A stretch of 64,000 nt of DNA from Candidatus Omnitrophota bacterium (lineage in GTDB: Bacteria; Omnitrophota; Omnitrophia; Omnitrophales; Aquincolibacteriaceae), in NCBI GenBank assembly GCA_043821445.1, contig JBDRCT010000033.1, positions 69,391 to 133,390 on the forward strand. Reading direction: 5' to 3'. The translations under genes and the position numbers were made by a program. This document shows positions 19,256 through 29,135 of the stretch, piece by piece. A model generated the notes under the pieces. It was not told the DNA's origin and searched no databases. It saw nothing but the letters and a program-made list of their open reading frames with translations. Numbering within the stretch: position 1 is the stretch's first letter; every line of letters begins with the position of its first letter.

Positions 19256-21355
19256 TCACGGCGCTTCGGATGAAGTTTCGGCGGCGTCGTATTTTTTCGG
19301 CAGCTCATTGACCACGTACGTGCACTTCGGATAATTCGAGCAACCGTAGAACGCCCGGCGGCCTTGGGCCCGGCGTTTCACCAATTCTCCGCCACAACCC
19401 GTCGCCGGGCAAAAGAACCCGGTCGGGAGAGAACGCGTGTACTTACATTCCGGGAATCCGGAGCAAGCCATGAATTTTCCAAACCGCCCGAACTTGATAA
19501 AAACCTGTTTGCCACACAGTTCACATTTGTGATCCGTGGGGATGGGGATTTGCTTGACACTTTTCATTTCTGTCTGTGCGCGCGTCAGGAATTCGCCGAA
19601 AGGCCCGTAAAAATCCTTCAGAACTTTGACCCAGTCCATTTTCCCTTCTTCGATCTCATCCAGCTCCTCTTCCATAAGCGCCGTGAATTCCACATCCAGG
19701 ATCGTCGGAAAATGCCGTACTAAAATATCCACGACCGTTTTGCCAAGTTCGGTAGGCATGAGCGCGCCGCCCTTACGCTCGGCATAAATACGCCCCAGGA
19801 TGGTTGATATCGTGGGCGCATAGGTGCTCGGGCGGCCGATGCCCTTTTCTTCGAGCAGTTTAATCAGGCTTGCATCATTGAACCGCGACGGCGGTTTCGT
19901 AAAGTGTTGTTCGCCCAGGAGTTCATGAAGCGTCAGTTTCTGTCCCGCTTTGAGGTCAGGAAGCTCCAGCGCCTCCGGGACTTCGTCTTCTTCGGCTTCC
20001 TTGGAATTCTCGGTTTCAACTTTGATTTCGCCGAACGCAGCGGTAAATCCCGGAAAGAGATTGCGTTTGCCGGTCGTACGGAATTTGTATCTTTCGCCGG
20101 CCAGGATCGAAATGACGGTGTGTTCATCGACCGCAGGCACCATTTGTGACGCCAGGAATTTCCTCCAGATGAGTTCATAGAGTTTCAACTCGTCGCTTTC
20201 GAGAAAATCTTTCATCGAATCCGGAATGCGAAAGGCCGAGGTCGGACGGATGGCTTCGTGAGCCTCCTGCGCACCCTTGCGGGATTTATATACAGGCGGT
20301 TTTTTAGGAAGATAATCTTTCCCGAATTTCTTTTGGATATAGCGCGCGGCTTCCCCTTGCGCGGAAGCGGCAACATTTACGGAATCTGTTCTCATGTAAG
20401 TGATAAGACCGACGCTGCCTTCGTCTCCGAGTTCCACGCCCTCATACAGCTTCTGTGCGATACGCATCGTGTTCGAGGCCGAGAACCCGAGCTGGCTGTA
20501 AGCTTCTTGCTGGAGTTTGCTTGTGGAATAAGGCGCCTGCGGGTTACGGCGCTTTTCGGTCTTTTCGATATTCGAGACCTGGAAAGGAAGCGGGTGGAGT
20601 TCTTGCTTGATCCGGTCGATCTCGGCCTGGGTCTTGAGTTTGGGCTTCGCTTGATCGATTTGAGTAAGACGGGAAAGAAAAATTTTGGACTGCTCGGGAC
20701 CTTCCGCAGCGGAAAGCTTTGCGTCCAATGTCCAGTATTCTTGCGGCACGAACTTCTGAATCTCGCGCTCGCGATCCACGATAAACCTGAGCGCCACAGA
20801 CTGTACGCGACCCGCGCTGAGCCCCCGGCCGACATTGCGCCAAAGGAGAGGACTCAATTGATATCCGACCACGCGGTCCAGAATGCGGCGCGCCTGCTGC
20901 GCGTTCACAAGATTCATGTCAATCTCGCGGGGATGGTCAAAAGCCTTTGACACGGCCTCTTTCGTGATCTCGTTGAATTCCACCCGAAGGATCTTCGGGC
21001 CGTGGCCTTCCTCTGAAAAAATATGGGCAAGATGCCAACTGATGGCCTCGCCTTCCCGGTCCGGATCGGGCGCGACATAGATGGTTTCTTTATCCTGTGC
21101 GTCCTTTTTAAGCTGTCTGACCGTTTTGAGGGCCCGCCGGATGATGATGTATTCCGGAGCGAAATCATGCTCGATATCGACAGCCATCCGGCTCTTCGGT
21201 AAGTCCCGCACATGGCCCATGGACGCTACAACATGGAAATCCTTGCCGAGGAACTTATTGATGGTTTTGGCCTTGGCCGGTGACTCCACAATCACCAGAT
21301 GCTTGGGTCCCTCCGCGGTCTTTGAAACTTTCACGCCTTTCTTCGCTTTTGCCAC
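19256..21355 (-). CDS. topA: DNA topoisomerase I
   Basis: 699 aa. LVIVESPAKAKTINKFLG Toprim start, the active-site region, and C-terminal Zn-ribbons (CELCGK..., CSNYPKC). Confidence 0.95.
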   Translation of the reverse strand: MAKAKKGVKVSKTAEGPKHLVIVESPAKAKTINKFLGKDFHVVASMGHVRDLPKSRMAVDIEHDFAPEYIIIRRALKTVRQLKKDAQDKETIYVAPDPDREGEAISWHLAHIFSEEGHGPKILRVEFNEITKEAVSKAFDHPREIDMNLVNAQQARRILDRVVGYQLSPLLWRNVGRGLSAGRVQSVALRFIVDREREIQKFVPQEYWTLDAKLSAAEGPEQSKIFLSRLTQIDQAKPKLKTQAEIDRIKQELHPLPFQVSNIEKTEKRRNPQAPYSTSKLQQEAYSQLGFSASNTMRIAQKLYEGVELGDEGSVGLITYMRTDSVNVAASAQGEAARYIQKKFGKDYLPKKPPVYKSRKGAQEAHEAIRPTSAFRIPDSMKDFLESDELKLYELIWRKFLASQMVPAVDEHTVISILAGERYKFRTTGKRNLFPGFTAAFGEIKVETENSKEAEEDEVPEALELPDLKAGQKLTLHELLGEQHFTKPPSRFNDASLIKLLEEKGIGRPSTYAPTISTILGRIYAERKGGALMPTELGKTVVDILVRHFPTILDVEFTALMEEELDEIEEGKMDWVKVLKDFYGPFGEFLTRAQTEMKSVKQIPIPTDHKCELCGKQVFIKFGRFGKFMACSGFPECKYTRSLPTGFFCPATGCGGELVKRRAQGRRAFYGCSNYPKCTYVVNELPKKYDAAETSSEAP

Positions 21356-21626
21356 AATACCTCCATTGAACAGTGATAAGCTGCAGAAAAAAGCGATAAG
21401 TTAAGAAAAGGAACGTCTTCCAACCTGTCGCTTATCTTAAAGGGGGGGATTCTAAACAAAATGCGGATGATTGTAAACGGCAAGTTTATCGGACGCTTGT
21501 AACCCGTTTTACGAAAACAAGTTATGGAGATCGATGGAACAATGCGTTTTGGCCCGAGAGAACCATGGCGTCATCCTTCAAAGGTAGCAGACCCCTAAGG
21601 ATGACCTTCTCAAAAATTTCTACGGC

Positions 21627-22022
21627 TTAAGAAATTTGCTCCCAGGGATCGTCTTTTGGTTTGGTGTTGGCTGAAGGTGTCTTTTTTGAGTTCCCATGGG
21701 AAAGCCTATAAAGGGACTCCAGTTCCATGATCTGGGAATCTCGCACGGCTTCTCTTTCAACACGGCGAACCAAACGCCTGAGCGCTCCAAGACGAATGCC
21801 AAGTTTCTCAATACAAAGTGTGGTTAAAAGCCGGGCCAGGATATTCACATGAACTTCCATGCTCGTCAGGCGATCATCCGCCCGTTCCCCGCCCTCTGCC
21901 GCCTTGACCACCTCTTTTTTAAGATCCGCGAGCTTCGCATAGAGGGAAAGAACTTCCTTAAATGTCCCTCCCCCCCTTTTGCCGACAGATTTGAATTTTC
22001 TGGAACGTTTTCTCTTGGCCAT
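21627..22022 (-). CDS. Hypothetical small basic protein
   Basis: About 131 aa from MAKRKRSRKFKSVGKRGGG, with a basic N-terminus followed by a helical region. I recognise no family. Confidence 0.35.
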   Translation of the reverse strand: MAKRKRSRKFKSVGKRGGGTFKEVLSLYAKLADLKKEVVKAAEGGERADDRLTSMEVHVNILARLLTTLCIEKLGIRLGALRRLVRRVEREAVRDSQIMELESLYRLSHGNSKKTPSANTKPKDDPWEQIS

Positions 22023-22111
22023 AGTATCTGTCTCTCGAATCAAAGCGTAACACATAAAACGGCACAAGGCGCAAAGCGCAAAGTTTTTAGCCTCAGGCTT
22101 TAAGCTTTACG

Positions 22112-23320
22112 TCATGAGTTGTCGCCGACGAATTCTAGCAGATCGCACTCAGGATAAAGACGCGTCAAATACGTTAACGCGAACACTCGAAAGAAGATCA
22201 CCACCGGCAACATGACCATGCCGATCACCACGATCACAGCCAGGATGAGCGCCATTGCCGCAAGACCCCCAAGGATGATAAGCGGAAGCTTCAGGAATGG
22301 AAGAACATTGATCAAGATAATCCCTGGAATTGCCATGAGCCCGCCAGCGATTACTCCGCCAATCACTGCAAAAATGCCGACGATGCTCTGAGCGATCATG
22401 GCGAGAATCCACAAACCGAAGACCACGAGAAGATATTGGAACGCCTTTCCAAAAGCAAATGTACCGGCCCTCAGAAGTTTATTCAACGCGCTCATCGCTG
22501 GGATCTTTTCACAATACATGAGCGGGAGAACAAAGTCGCGCATGATGGTTCCGACAAAGACCACGGCCACTACCACCGCCAGAACAAAAAGACCCCCGAG
22601 AATCATGAGAGGGATCCCTATCACCGGACTCCATTTCATCATTCCCAAAGAAAGCATTATCAGCAGTCCTGCCGATAAAAAAGCGGTAAGCCCGATCCCC
22701 ATGAAAGCCAGCGTCCATGCAAAATAGGAATTCCCTGCCTCCTTGTGCTTTCTGAACGGTCCTCCGATCGCCGGTTCCCGCGTCAGAATCGCATTCAGGA
22801 GTACGAAATTGAACCGGCTCGATAGCCACACAAAGAATACCGCGAAGGCAACCCCGAGAGAAATGATCCCAGCTGCGACCCATGCCACCCCGATAAGATT
22901 GACCTTGGATTTCAAACGATCCATCCCTGCTCTGATTTTTGCCATGGGGTCCGCATTGGGGCTTGCAGAAGGGGACCTCATTTCGTTTTGTGTCGGCGCT
23001 TGGATCTGCTCCGTGGAAGGAGTCGAAATCCCGGCGACCGCGGGAGTCTCGACCGGTGAGACCGAAGACATTTGCTCCGCCCCTTGCTGGGATATCCCTG
23101 AAGAAGGTTTTGCCATGGTGTTTTCCCCGGACACTGAAGAGGAACGGACGGATTTTTTTGGAATGTTAAAATTCGCACTGAATCCCTGAATGCCCGCGCC
23201 TGCAAGCCAGACGACAATCAGCGCCTTGAGCCAGCGTTTGAAATGAAACGGAAAAAGGATCTCCCGGCTTTTCGCCCAAGAGAACTTGATCATGTTTCTG
23301 ATCGTGGAAGCGCCGTTCAT
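22112..23320 (-). CDS. Hypothetical polytopic membrane protein with a Ser/Pro/Ala-rich N-terminal region
   Basis: 402 aa. A low-complexity segment of about 120 aa (SSSVSGENTMAKPSSGISQQ...SPSASPNADP) precedes about 6 hydrophobic helices. Confidence 0.5.
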   Translation of the reverse strand: MNGASTIRNMIKFSWAKSREILFPFHFKRWLKALIVVWLAGAGIQGFSANFNIPKKSVRSSSVSGENTMAKPSSGISQQGAEQMSSVSPVETPAVAGISTPSTEQIQAPTQNEMRSPSASPNADPMAKIRAGMDRLKSKVNLIGVAWVAAGIISLGVAFAVFFVWLSSRFNFVLLNAILTREPAIGGPFRKHKEAGNSYFAWTLAFMGIGLTAFLSAGLLIMLSLGMMKWSPVIGIPLMILGGLFVLAVVVAVVFVGTIMRDFVLPLMYCEKIPAMSALNKLLRAGTFAFGKAFQYLLVVFGLWILAMIAQSIVGIFAVIGGVIAGGLMAIPGIILINVLPFLKLPLIILGGLAAMALILAVIVVIGMVMLPVVIFFRVFALTYLTRLYPECDLLEFVGDNS

Positions 23321-23342
23321 GCTTAACCCCGCTGGAGACAGA

Positions 23343-23361
23343 AAGTGTTTTTAAAACACTT
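23343..23361. promoter_or_regulatory. Near-perfect palindrome AAGTGTTTT-T-AAAACACTT upstream of the membrane-protein gene
   Basis: 9-bp arms with a 1-nt spacer, lying 23-41 nt upstream of the ATG at 23320. A candidate operator. Confidence 0.3.
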
Positions 23362-23449
23362 ACAACAAGTCATCAGGAAAACCGCTTAAAACATTCGCGA
23401 CTTGACAACTGAGAAGGAATCTTCTTTTTGCCCCTAGAATCTCTCATGG

Positions 23450-23495
23450 GACGAAAGCAAAGATTCTCCTCCGCGGTCACCCACGGAGGAGAATC
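23450..23495 (-). terminator. Putative terminator after the RDD gene
   Basis: A 12-bp perfect stem (gattctcctccg / cggaggagaatc) with a 10-nt loop, followed on the minus strand by uuugcuuucg. Confidence 0.4.
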
Positions 23496-23524
23496 TTCAA
23501 AACTCAACAAAACCCTGACAGCCC

Positions 23525-23914
23525 TTAGGCTTCAACCACCTGCGTCTTAGCCCAATTGTCCGCAAGACGATGCCCTTTGATGATCAGCATCACGATCTCA
23601 ACAATATACCCCACCACAAGCACGAACGGAATGATCAAAAGAATGTTCCGAATCAAACCCTGCAACCATGTCACTTTTTCCCCCGTAAGGCTGATGAGCT
23701 TGATCTTGACCATCGCCCGCCCCGGAGAGTAGACCGCGTCACGAAACACCAACCAAAGGATATTGACGATCACAAGCACAATGCTGCGCACCGTGTCCGG
23801 AGCCGCCAAAAGAACCAAGCCAATCACAATCCCTAGAACGATGGGAATAACAACCAGATCGATCAGTCCCGCCGCGAACCTCTTCCCCTTATTTGCTGGC
23901 ACTAATCCTTCCAT
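23525..23914 (-). CDS. RDD-family membrane protein
   Basis: 129 aa. RFAAGLIDLVVIPIVLGIV...WLVFRDAVYSPGRA...GHRLADNWAKTQVV fits the RDD domain pattern. Confidence 0.6.
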   Translation of the reverse strand: MEGLVPANKGKRFAAGLIDLVVIPIVLGIVIGLVLLAAPDTVRSIVLVIVNILWLVFRDAVYSPGRAMVKIKLISLTGEKVTWLQGLIRNILLIIPFVLVVGYIVEIVMLIIKGHRLADNWAKTQVVEA

Positions 23915-24099
23915 CTTTAACTCCTTTCGTTTGAAAAACCTTCTTTAACAAGACATGGTTTTCACATAAAACTCTATAGAGGAAACACCCGTCTGTCAAA
24001 ACTTTTTTCCCGCTCTGACCTATCTAGTAACGACCTGCCCGCACCGAAGCTTAACGGACGAAATAGGCGCACCCGTCATCCCCATCAAACAAGTGACAG

Positions 24100-25461
24100 T
24101 CACCTGCTGTGATACTTCCCGTCGCTCCCCCTTTTGATCTTTCCGTCCAGCTCCATCCTCAGCAAAATGACTGGCAATTTTGCGGACTCGAGTCCGGTAA
24201 ACTCCATCATCTCGTCCGGCCCCAGAGGGCCCTCATCTTTAAGAAGTTCTAAAATAACCGGTTCATCTTCCATGTGAGTGTCCCCGATTCGCCACAAATC
24301 GTTGGACGAATTCTTCCTTTGGCGAAAAAGGTGACTTTCCTGACTTTTGTTTTCTTTTTCTTTATGGTAGTCAGGACTGCCCCGATCTCCGCCCAAACTT
24401 TTCATTTCTTTTCCCAATGGTAGTTTGAACGGCCCCAATCTCCGCTCCGCTGCGACTGAATCGGTATTGGAACCGCTTCGCTCTGAATGAAAAGAATGGG
24501 GACTGTCACCTGTCTTTGTCTTTTCTTCTGGAGTTGCCGTACTAGATTCCTCAATGGGAGTTTGAGATGCCGGCTCGAATTTATTTTCCCATTTCAACCG
24601 ATCCGCCAAAGCAAGCAGAATATCCTCGAAAGTCTCCACCAGGCACGCGCCTTCCTTAATGAGCTGATGGGCTCCGCGTGACGTTAGTTGGTCCACGGGC
24701 CCCGGAAGCGCAAAAACCTCCCGTCCTTGTTCCACCGCTTGATGCGCCGTAATGAGAGATCCGCTTCGAGAATGGGCTTCGACCACGAATGTGGCATACG
24801 AAAGCCCCGACAGGATCCTGTTTCGGCGCGGAAAATTCTCCGGAAGAGGCGGCATTCCCAAAGGATATTCACTTAAAATCGCGCCCCTCTCCAAAATTCT
24901 CTGAAAAAGATTTTCGTTCTCCTTGGGATAGATCACATCGAGTCCGCATCCCATTACCGCGATCGTGCGACCGTAAGAGATATGAAGTGCGCCGTCGTGC
25001 GCAACTTGGTCGATCCCGCGCGCCAACCCGGAGATGATCGTAAGCCCCCTTGCGGCCAACTCCTGGGCAAAGCGTTTTGCTTGCGTCCGTCCATAAATAC
25101 TCGGGTGCCGCGTTCCCACGATGGCGATGGCATTCCTGTCATTCTCGATCAAGGTTCCTTTTCTATAGAGAAGAAGCGGCGGATCCGCGACTTCTTTAAG
25201 CATGGCCGGATAATCTCCGTCGGAGTAGAGCAAAAAATCGATCCCTTTTTGAACGCAAAGTTCGATCTCTTTTTCCGCATTAAAGGGTGCTACGTTTTCC
25301 GGAGCCGAAAAATCCTTAAGCAGATCCTCGGACTCCATGCGTTTCACGACTTCCTGGGCGCTCTTCCCCTCCGAGAGAAGCGCCAAGACCCTGCGACGAC
25401 CTTCGATCCGCAACCGGTTCAACGCTAAAAACGCCAGGATCTCCTTCTCTTCAATGGACAT
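24100..25461 (-). CDS. dprA: DNA-processing protein DprA (Smf), with an extended low-complexity linker
   Basis: 453 aa. Rossmann core (AIVGTRHPSIYG...GLARGIDQVAHDGAL...VVEAHSRSGSLITA). Then a linker of about 110 aa containing an imperfect 33-nt tandem repeat. Then a C-terminal winged-helix-like tail. Confidence 0.85.
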   Translation of the reverse strand: MSIEEKEILAFLALNRLRIEGRRRVLALLSEGKSAQEVVKRMESEDLLKDFSAPENVAPFNAEKEIELCVQKGIDFLLYSDGDYPAMLKEVADPPLLLYRKGTLIENDRNAIAIVGTRHPSIYGRTQAKRFAQELAARGLTIISGLARGIDQVAHDGALHISYGRTIAVMGCGLDVIYPKENENLFQRILERGAILSEYPLGMPPLPENFPRRNRILSGLSYATFVVEAHSRSGSLITAHQAVEQGREVFALPGPVDQLTSRGAHQLIKEGACLVETFEDILLALADRLKWENKFEPASQTPIEESSTATPEEKTKTGDSPHSFHSERSGSNTDSVAAERRLGPFKLPLGKEMKSLGGDRGSPDYHKEKENKSQESHLFRQRKNSSNDLWRIGDTHMEDEPVILELLKDEGPLGPDEMMEFTGLESAKLPVILLRMELDGKIKRGSDGKYHSR

Positions 25462-25516
25462 GGGGAGGCCCTTTTATCCGCAGTGGGCCGAGACAACTTC
25501 GTTTTTTCATAAGAGA

Positions 25517-25545
25517 AGTATAATTGATTATTTATTTAAAATCAA
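25517..25545 (-). promoter_or_regulatory. Sigma70-like promoter for dprA
   Basis: Minus strand TTGATT-N17-TATACT inside a 60-nt AT-rich tract, about 55 nt upstream of the dprA ATG. Confidence 0.4.
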
Positions 25546-25617
25546 TATTTATTTAATTAAAATAAACTCCTTAAAAAAGGCCTTTTTGTGGCAATTAAAA
25601 CTGGCTTGGGAGGGAGC

Positions 25618-26715
25618 TTACTTTGCGCCGGCGAAATGAAGGATTTTGCGGACGTTCTCGCTGGGGATATTTTTCTCGACAGTGACTTTACCGATGCGCC
25701 GGGGCAGGACAAAATGCAATGCCCCTTTATTTTTCTTCTTGTCCGTCATCATAGTTTTCAGGATCGCAGAGGCTTTGAGGTTGAATTTTTTGATCGAAAC
25801 CGGCAGTTTCATGGAAATAAGAAGCTTCATCTGACGCCATGGAAGTTCTTGCGGGCAAAGCCCGAGATCCGCAGCAAGCTGCGCCGCCATCATCATTCCG
25901 ATCGCGACCGCTTCCCCATGGACCAGGCCCTTATAACCCAGCGTCCCTTCGATCCCATGCGCAAAGGTATGGCCATAGTTAAGAATCGCACGTTCCCCTT
26001 TTGTTTCAAACTCATCATGGCTCACAACCCCAGCTTTGATCTTTGCGCAGGCAAGAACGACTTTTTCGATCACTCTAAGATCTTTTCGCAGTATTTTTTT
26101 GTAATTTTTCTCCAGGAAATGGAACAGGGCGGGATCGCGGATCACACCGTATTTCACAACCTCCCCCAAAGAAGCGCAAAGTTCCCGCTGCGGAAGCGAA
26201 CGGAGCATGCTTACATCCGAGATCACAAGGACCGGGGGCCAAAAAGAGCCCATGAGATTTTTTCCTTCCTTGAGGTCGATCGCGGTCTTTCCTCCGATCG
26301 CACTGTCCACTTGGGCGAGCAAGGTCGTTGCAATATTCACATAACGGATCCCGCGCAGATAGACCGATGCCGCGAATCCCGCAAGATCACTCACCACCCC
26401 CCCGCCCACGGCCACGATCCCGTCCCTGCGTTCAAATCCCTTCTCAAGAAGATCGCAGGAGAGCCGGAACAGTTCTGCCCCGGATTTCGCGATCTCACCG
26501 TCCGGAAGCATGTGGGAATAAATCTCGAAACCTTTTTTGGAAAGTGATGAGGAGATGACTTTCAGATAGGGCGCAAGGTTCTTCTGGGAAACGATCATAA
26601 GTTTCGTTCCGGATTTAAAAATCGCGGCGCTCTGCGCACCGGCCTGCGCCAAAAGATCCCGGCCCACGCAGATCTTGTAATTTCCCTTCGCGCTCCTGAC
26701 TTGTATTGTTTTCAT
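25618..26715 (-). CDS. aroB: 3-dehydroquinate synthase
   Basis: 365 aa. VAVGGGVVSDLAGFAA...GGKTAID...GHTFAHGIE. Confidence 0.9.
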   Translation of the reverse strand: MKTIQVRSAKGNYKICVGRDLLAQAGAQSAAIFKSGTKLMIVSQKNLAPYLKVISSSLSKKGFEIYSHMLPDGEIAKSGAELFRLSCDLLEKGFERRDGIVAVGGGVVSDLAGFAASVYLRGIRYVNIATTLLAQVDSAIGGKTAIDLKEGKNLMGSFWPPVLVISDVSMLRSLPQRELCASLGEVVKYGVIRDPALFHFLEKNYKKILRKDLRVIEKVVLACAKIKAGVVSHDEFETKGERAILNYGHTFAHGIEGTLGYKGLVHGEAVAIGMMMAAQLAADLGLCPQELPWRQMKLLISMKLPVSIKKFNLKASAILKTMMTDKKKNKGALHFVLPRRIGKVTVEKNIPSENVRKILHFAGAK

Positions 26716-27233
26716 GGTTTGGCCCTTAATATTTCCTGAATCTCGCCTGCGATATCCTCAGCGATCTTGCCATCCGTCCCCACGGAAAAATAACAAGCCT
26801 TTTCATAGAAAGGTTCACGATCGCTCAAGATCTGCCGAAGCGCGCCGTAAGGATCGGATTTGTTGAGAAGCGGACGATCCTTGGAGTACCGGACCCTCTG
26901 CCACAAAGATTCCGCGGACGCTTGAAGCAAAATAACTTTTCCCGTCTCTCTCATTAACTGCACATTCGTCTCACGCAGGACAATGCCTCCGCCTGTCGCA
27001 ATCACCTGCTTCTCCTGCTTTGAAAAACGATCGAGGACCGACGATTCCACATCACGAAAATGAGGCTCTCCTTTTTGCGCGAAGATCTCAGGAATAGAAC
27101 GCCCCTCTTTTGCCTGGATCTCGGCATCCAGATCCACGAACGTATAGCCGAGCCGTTCCGCCAGGACTTTCCCGGTCACGGTCTTGCCTGAACCCATCAT
27201 GCCGATCAGATAAATGTTGCTGGCGCTAGACAC
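26712..27233 (-). CDS. aroK: Shikimate kinase
   Basis: 173 aa. IYLIGMMGSGKTVTGKVLAERLGYTFVDLD. Confidence 0.9.
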   Translation of the reverse strand: MSSASNIYLIGMMGSGKTVTGKVLAERLGYTFVDLDAEIQAKEGRSIPEIFAQKGEPHFRDVESSVLDRFSKQEKQVIATGGGIVLRETNVQLMRETGKVILLQASAESLWQRVRYSKDRPLLNKSDPYGALRQILSDREPFYEKACYFSVGTDGKIAEDIAGEIQEILRAKP

Positions 27234-28344
27234 GGATATGTTTTAAATAACCTTCGTAATTACGACGGATCTCTCCAAGAGAATCGCCGCCGAATTTCTC
27301 GAGAAAGGCATCCGCGAGCGTGTACGCCACAAGCGCTTCCCCGATCACGCTTCCGGCCGGCACTGCGCAAACGTCGCTGCGCTCAAAATCTGCCTTCTCC
27401 ACTTTTTTCGTTTTCATGTTCACCGATGCGAGAGGTCGCGCAAGCGTCGATATCGGCTTCATCGTGAGACGCACCACAAGATCTGCGCCGTTCGTCATCC
27501 CGCCTTCAATCCCCCCGGCATGATTGGTCTTATGAAAATAGCCACGAGCTTTCCCATAGAAGATCTCGTCATGCGCTTCGGAACCCGGCACGCCGGCGAG
27601 CCCCACTCCCCCCCCGATCTCGACCGCCTTCGCGGACTGCTGGCTCATAAGGATCATGGCAAGCCGCGCGTCGAGCTTTCTTTCAAAATGAACGTAAGAG
27701 CCCAATCCGATCGGCAGACCCGTGACACGAACTTCGTATTTCCCGCCAAGCGAATCTCTGTTCTTCATGGCTTTCGCGATCGCCTGCATCATGGCTTTCT
27801 CGGTCTTTTTGTCAATGCATCGAACGGGTGAATCCTCGGCACCCTTTCGAATTTCTTCAACCGTAATATCCCGTTCCGGGAGCAAAACGCTCCCGACCTG
27901 GACCACATGAGCGGCGATCTCGATATCGAATGCTTTGAGAAAAAGCTTGCAGGCCGCACCCACCGCAACACGCATGGCGGTCTCACGTGCGCTTGAACGT
28001 TCCAAGACCGCACGAATCCCCTGGTCATATTTAAGAGATCCCGCAAGATCCGCATGTCCTGGCCGGGGACGGAAGAGTTCCGGCATTTCTTCGATCTTGA
28101 AGTCCTTGTTCGAAAGAAGAAACCCCAACGGCGCACCGGTCGTGACCTTCTTGATCACGCCCCCTATGATCTCCACGCCATCCGTTTCGATCTTTTGTCT
28201 GCCTCCGCGTCCATAACCTCCCTGACGGCGGCGCATCTCACCATTAACAAAATCAAGGTCGATCATGAGACCGCTTGGAAAACCTTCCAGGATGGCGGCC
28301 ATGTAATGTCCGTGAGACTCTCCCGCAGTAATATATTTGAGCAT
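27226..28344 (-). CDS. aroC: Chorismate synthase
   Basis: 372 aa. GESHG...RPGHADL...GGRSSARETA-like motifs. Confidence 0.9.
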   Translation of the reverse strand: MLKYITAGESHGHYMAAILEGFPSGLMIDLDFVNGEMRRRQGGYGRGGRQKIETDGVEIIGGVIKKVTTGAPLGFLLSNKDFKIEEMPELFRPRPGHADLAGSLKYDQGIRAVLERSSARETAMRVAVGAACKLFLKAFDIEIAAHVVQVGSVLLPERDITVEEIRKGAEDSPVRCIDKKTEKAMMQAIAKAMKNRDSLGGKYEVRVTGLPIGLGSYVHFERKLDARLAMILMSQQSAKAVEIGGGVGLAGVPGSEAHDEIFYGKARGYFHKTNHAGGIEGGMTNGADLVVRLTMKPISTLARPLASVNMKTKKVEKADFERSDVCAVPAGSVIGEALVAYTLADAFLEKFGGDSLGEIRRNYEGYLKHIRV

Positions 28345-28345
28345 A

Positions 28346-29134
28346 TTAGACTCCGTAGGTTCTTGATAAAAAATTCAGAACGGCGTCCCCTTCCATGAAA
28401 ATAAACGCCCCCGCGAGCGCCAGGAACGGCCCAAAAGGAATTGTTTCTTCTTTTTTTACAAAACGCTGCCAGAGGGCGAATGGCAAGGCCGGAAAGGGGG
28501 CGAGAAAAAAAATAAGGCCGACTTTCGTTACCCCGACAAAAGCACCGATCATGGCCAGAAGTTTCACGTCCCCGCCGCCCATGCTGTCCTTGCGAAAAAC
28601 CAGTTTTCCGAGATATCCGATCAAGAGAAGGCCCCCCCCTCCCACCAAAAGACCGGCCCCGGAAGCGAGAAGTTTTTGATACCAGAATGTTTGCGTAAAA
28701 TGCCCGTGATCGGCCACGCTGAGCCCTAACCCCAAGATCATCCCTGCGATCGTGATCTGATCCGGGATCAGGCCGGTCTCAAAATCCGTCATGGTGACGA
28801 CAATGATCATGGTAAAAAAGATCGCGCTCGTCACAAATTCGACCGACAGACCATACCGTTGCCATAGCAACAAGGCGATCCCGGCCGTGATCAATTCCAC
28901 GAGAAAATAGCGGAAGGCGATCGGTTCTCGGCAGCGGAAACATTTTCCGCGAAGCAGAAGATAGCTCGCAAGCGGTATATTTTCATACCAGGGTATCATC
29001 GCCTTGCAATGCGGACAAAAGGACCTGGGAAGCACGATCGAAAGATCGCGCGGCATCCGATAAATACAAACATTCAAAAAACTCCCTACAACGGCCCCGA
29101 TAAAAAAAACAAACCACGGCGTCATTGAATCCAA
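28346..29134 (-). CDS. pilD: Type IV prepilin leader peptidase / N-methyltransferase (A24 family)
   Basis: 262 aa. CPHCKAMIPWYENIPLASYLLLRGKCFRC zinc motif, multiple TM helices and the catalytic GGGDVKLL. Confidence 0.85.
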   Translation of the reverse strand: MDSMTPWFVFFIGAVVGSFLNVCIYRMPRDLSIVLPRSFCPHCKAMIPWYENIPLASYLLLRGKCFRCREPIAFRYFLVELITAGIALLLWQRYGLSVEFVTSAIFFTMIIVVTMTDFETGLIPDQITIAGMILGLGLSVADHGHFTQTFWYQKLLASGAGLLVGGGGLLLIGYLGKLVFRKDSMGGGDVKLLAMIGAFVGVTKVGLIFFLAPFPALPFALWQRFVKKEETIPFGPFLALAGAFIFMEGDAVLNFLSRTYGV

Positions 29135-29135
29135 G

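Noticed and set aside
21356-21626. A 271-nt spacer upstream of topA examined for a tRNA or other ncRNA gene
   Set aside because: I found no T-loop (GTTCGAATC-like) or acceptor-stem pattern. It contains only local hairpins (gtcatcctt/aaggatgac, gtaaacgg/ccgttttac) and a degenerate X-like loop (AACCCGTTTTACG). Most likely it is a promoter and regulatory region.
22055-22075. GCGCAAAG-GCGCAAAG direct repeat, considered as another heptad element
   Set aside because: There are only two units and no complementary arm. This is insufficient.
25495-25560. AT-rich tract considered as a horizontal-transfer boundary or origin-like region
   Set aside because: It is only about 60 nt long, and it contains a well-spaced -35/-10 pair for dprA. 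The simplest reading is a promoter UP region.
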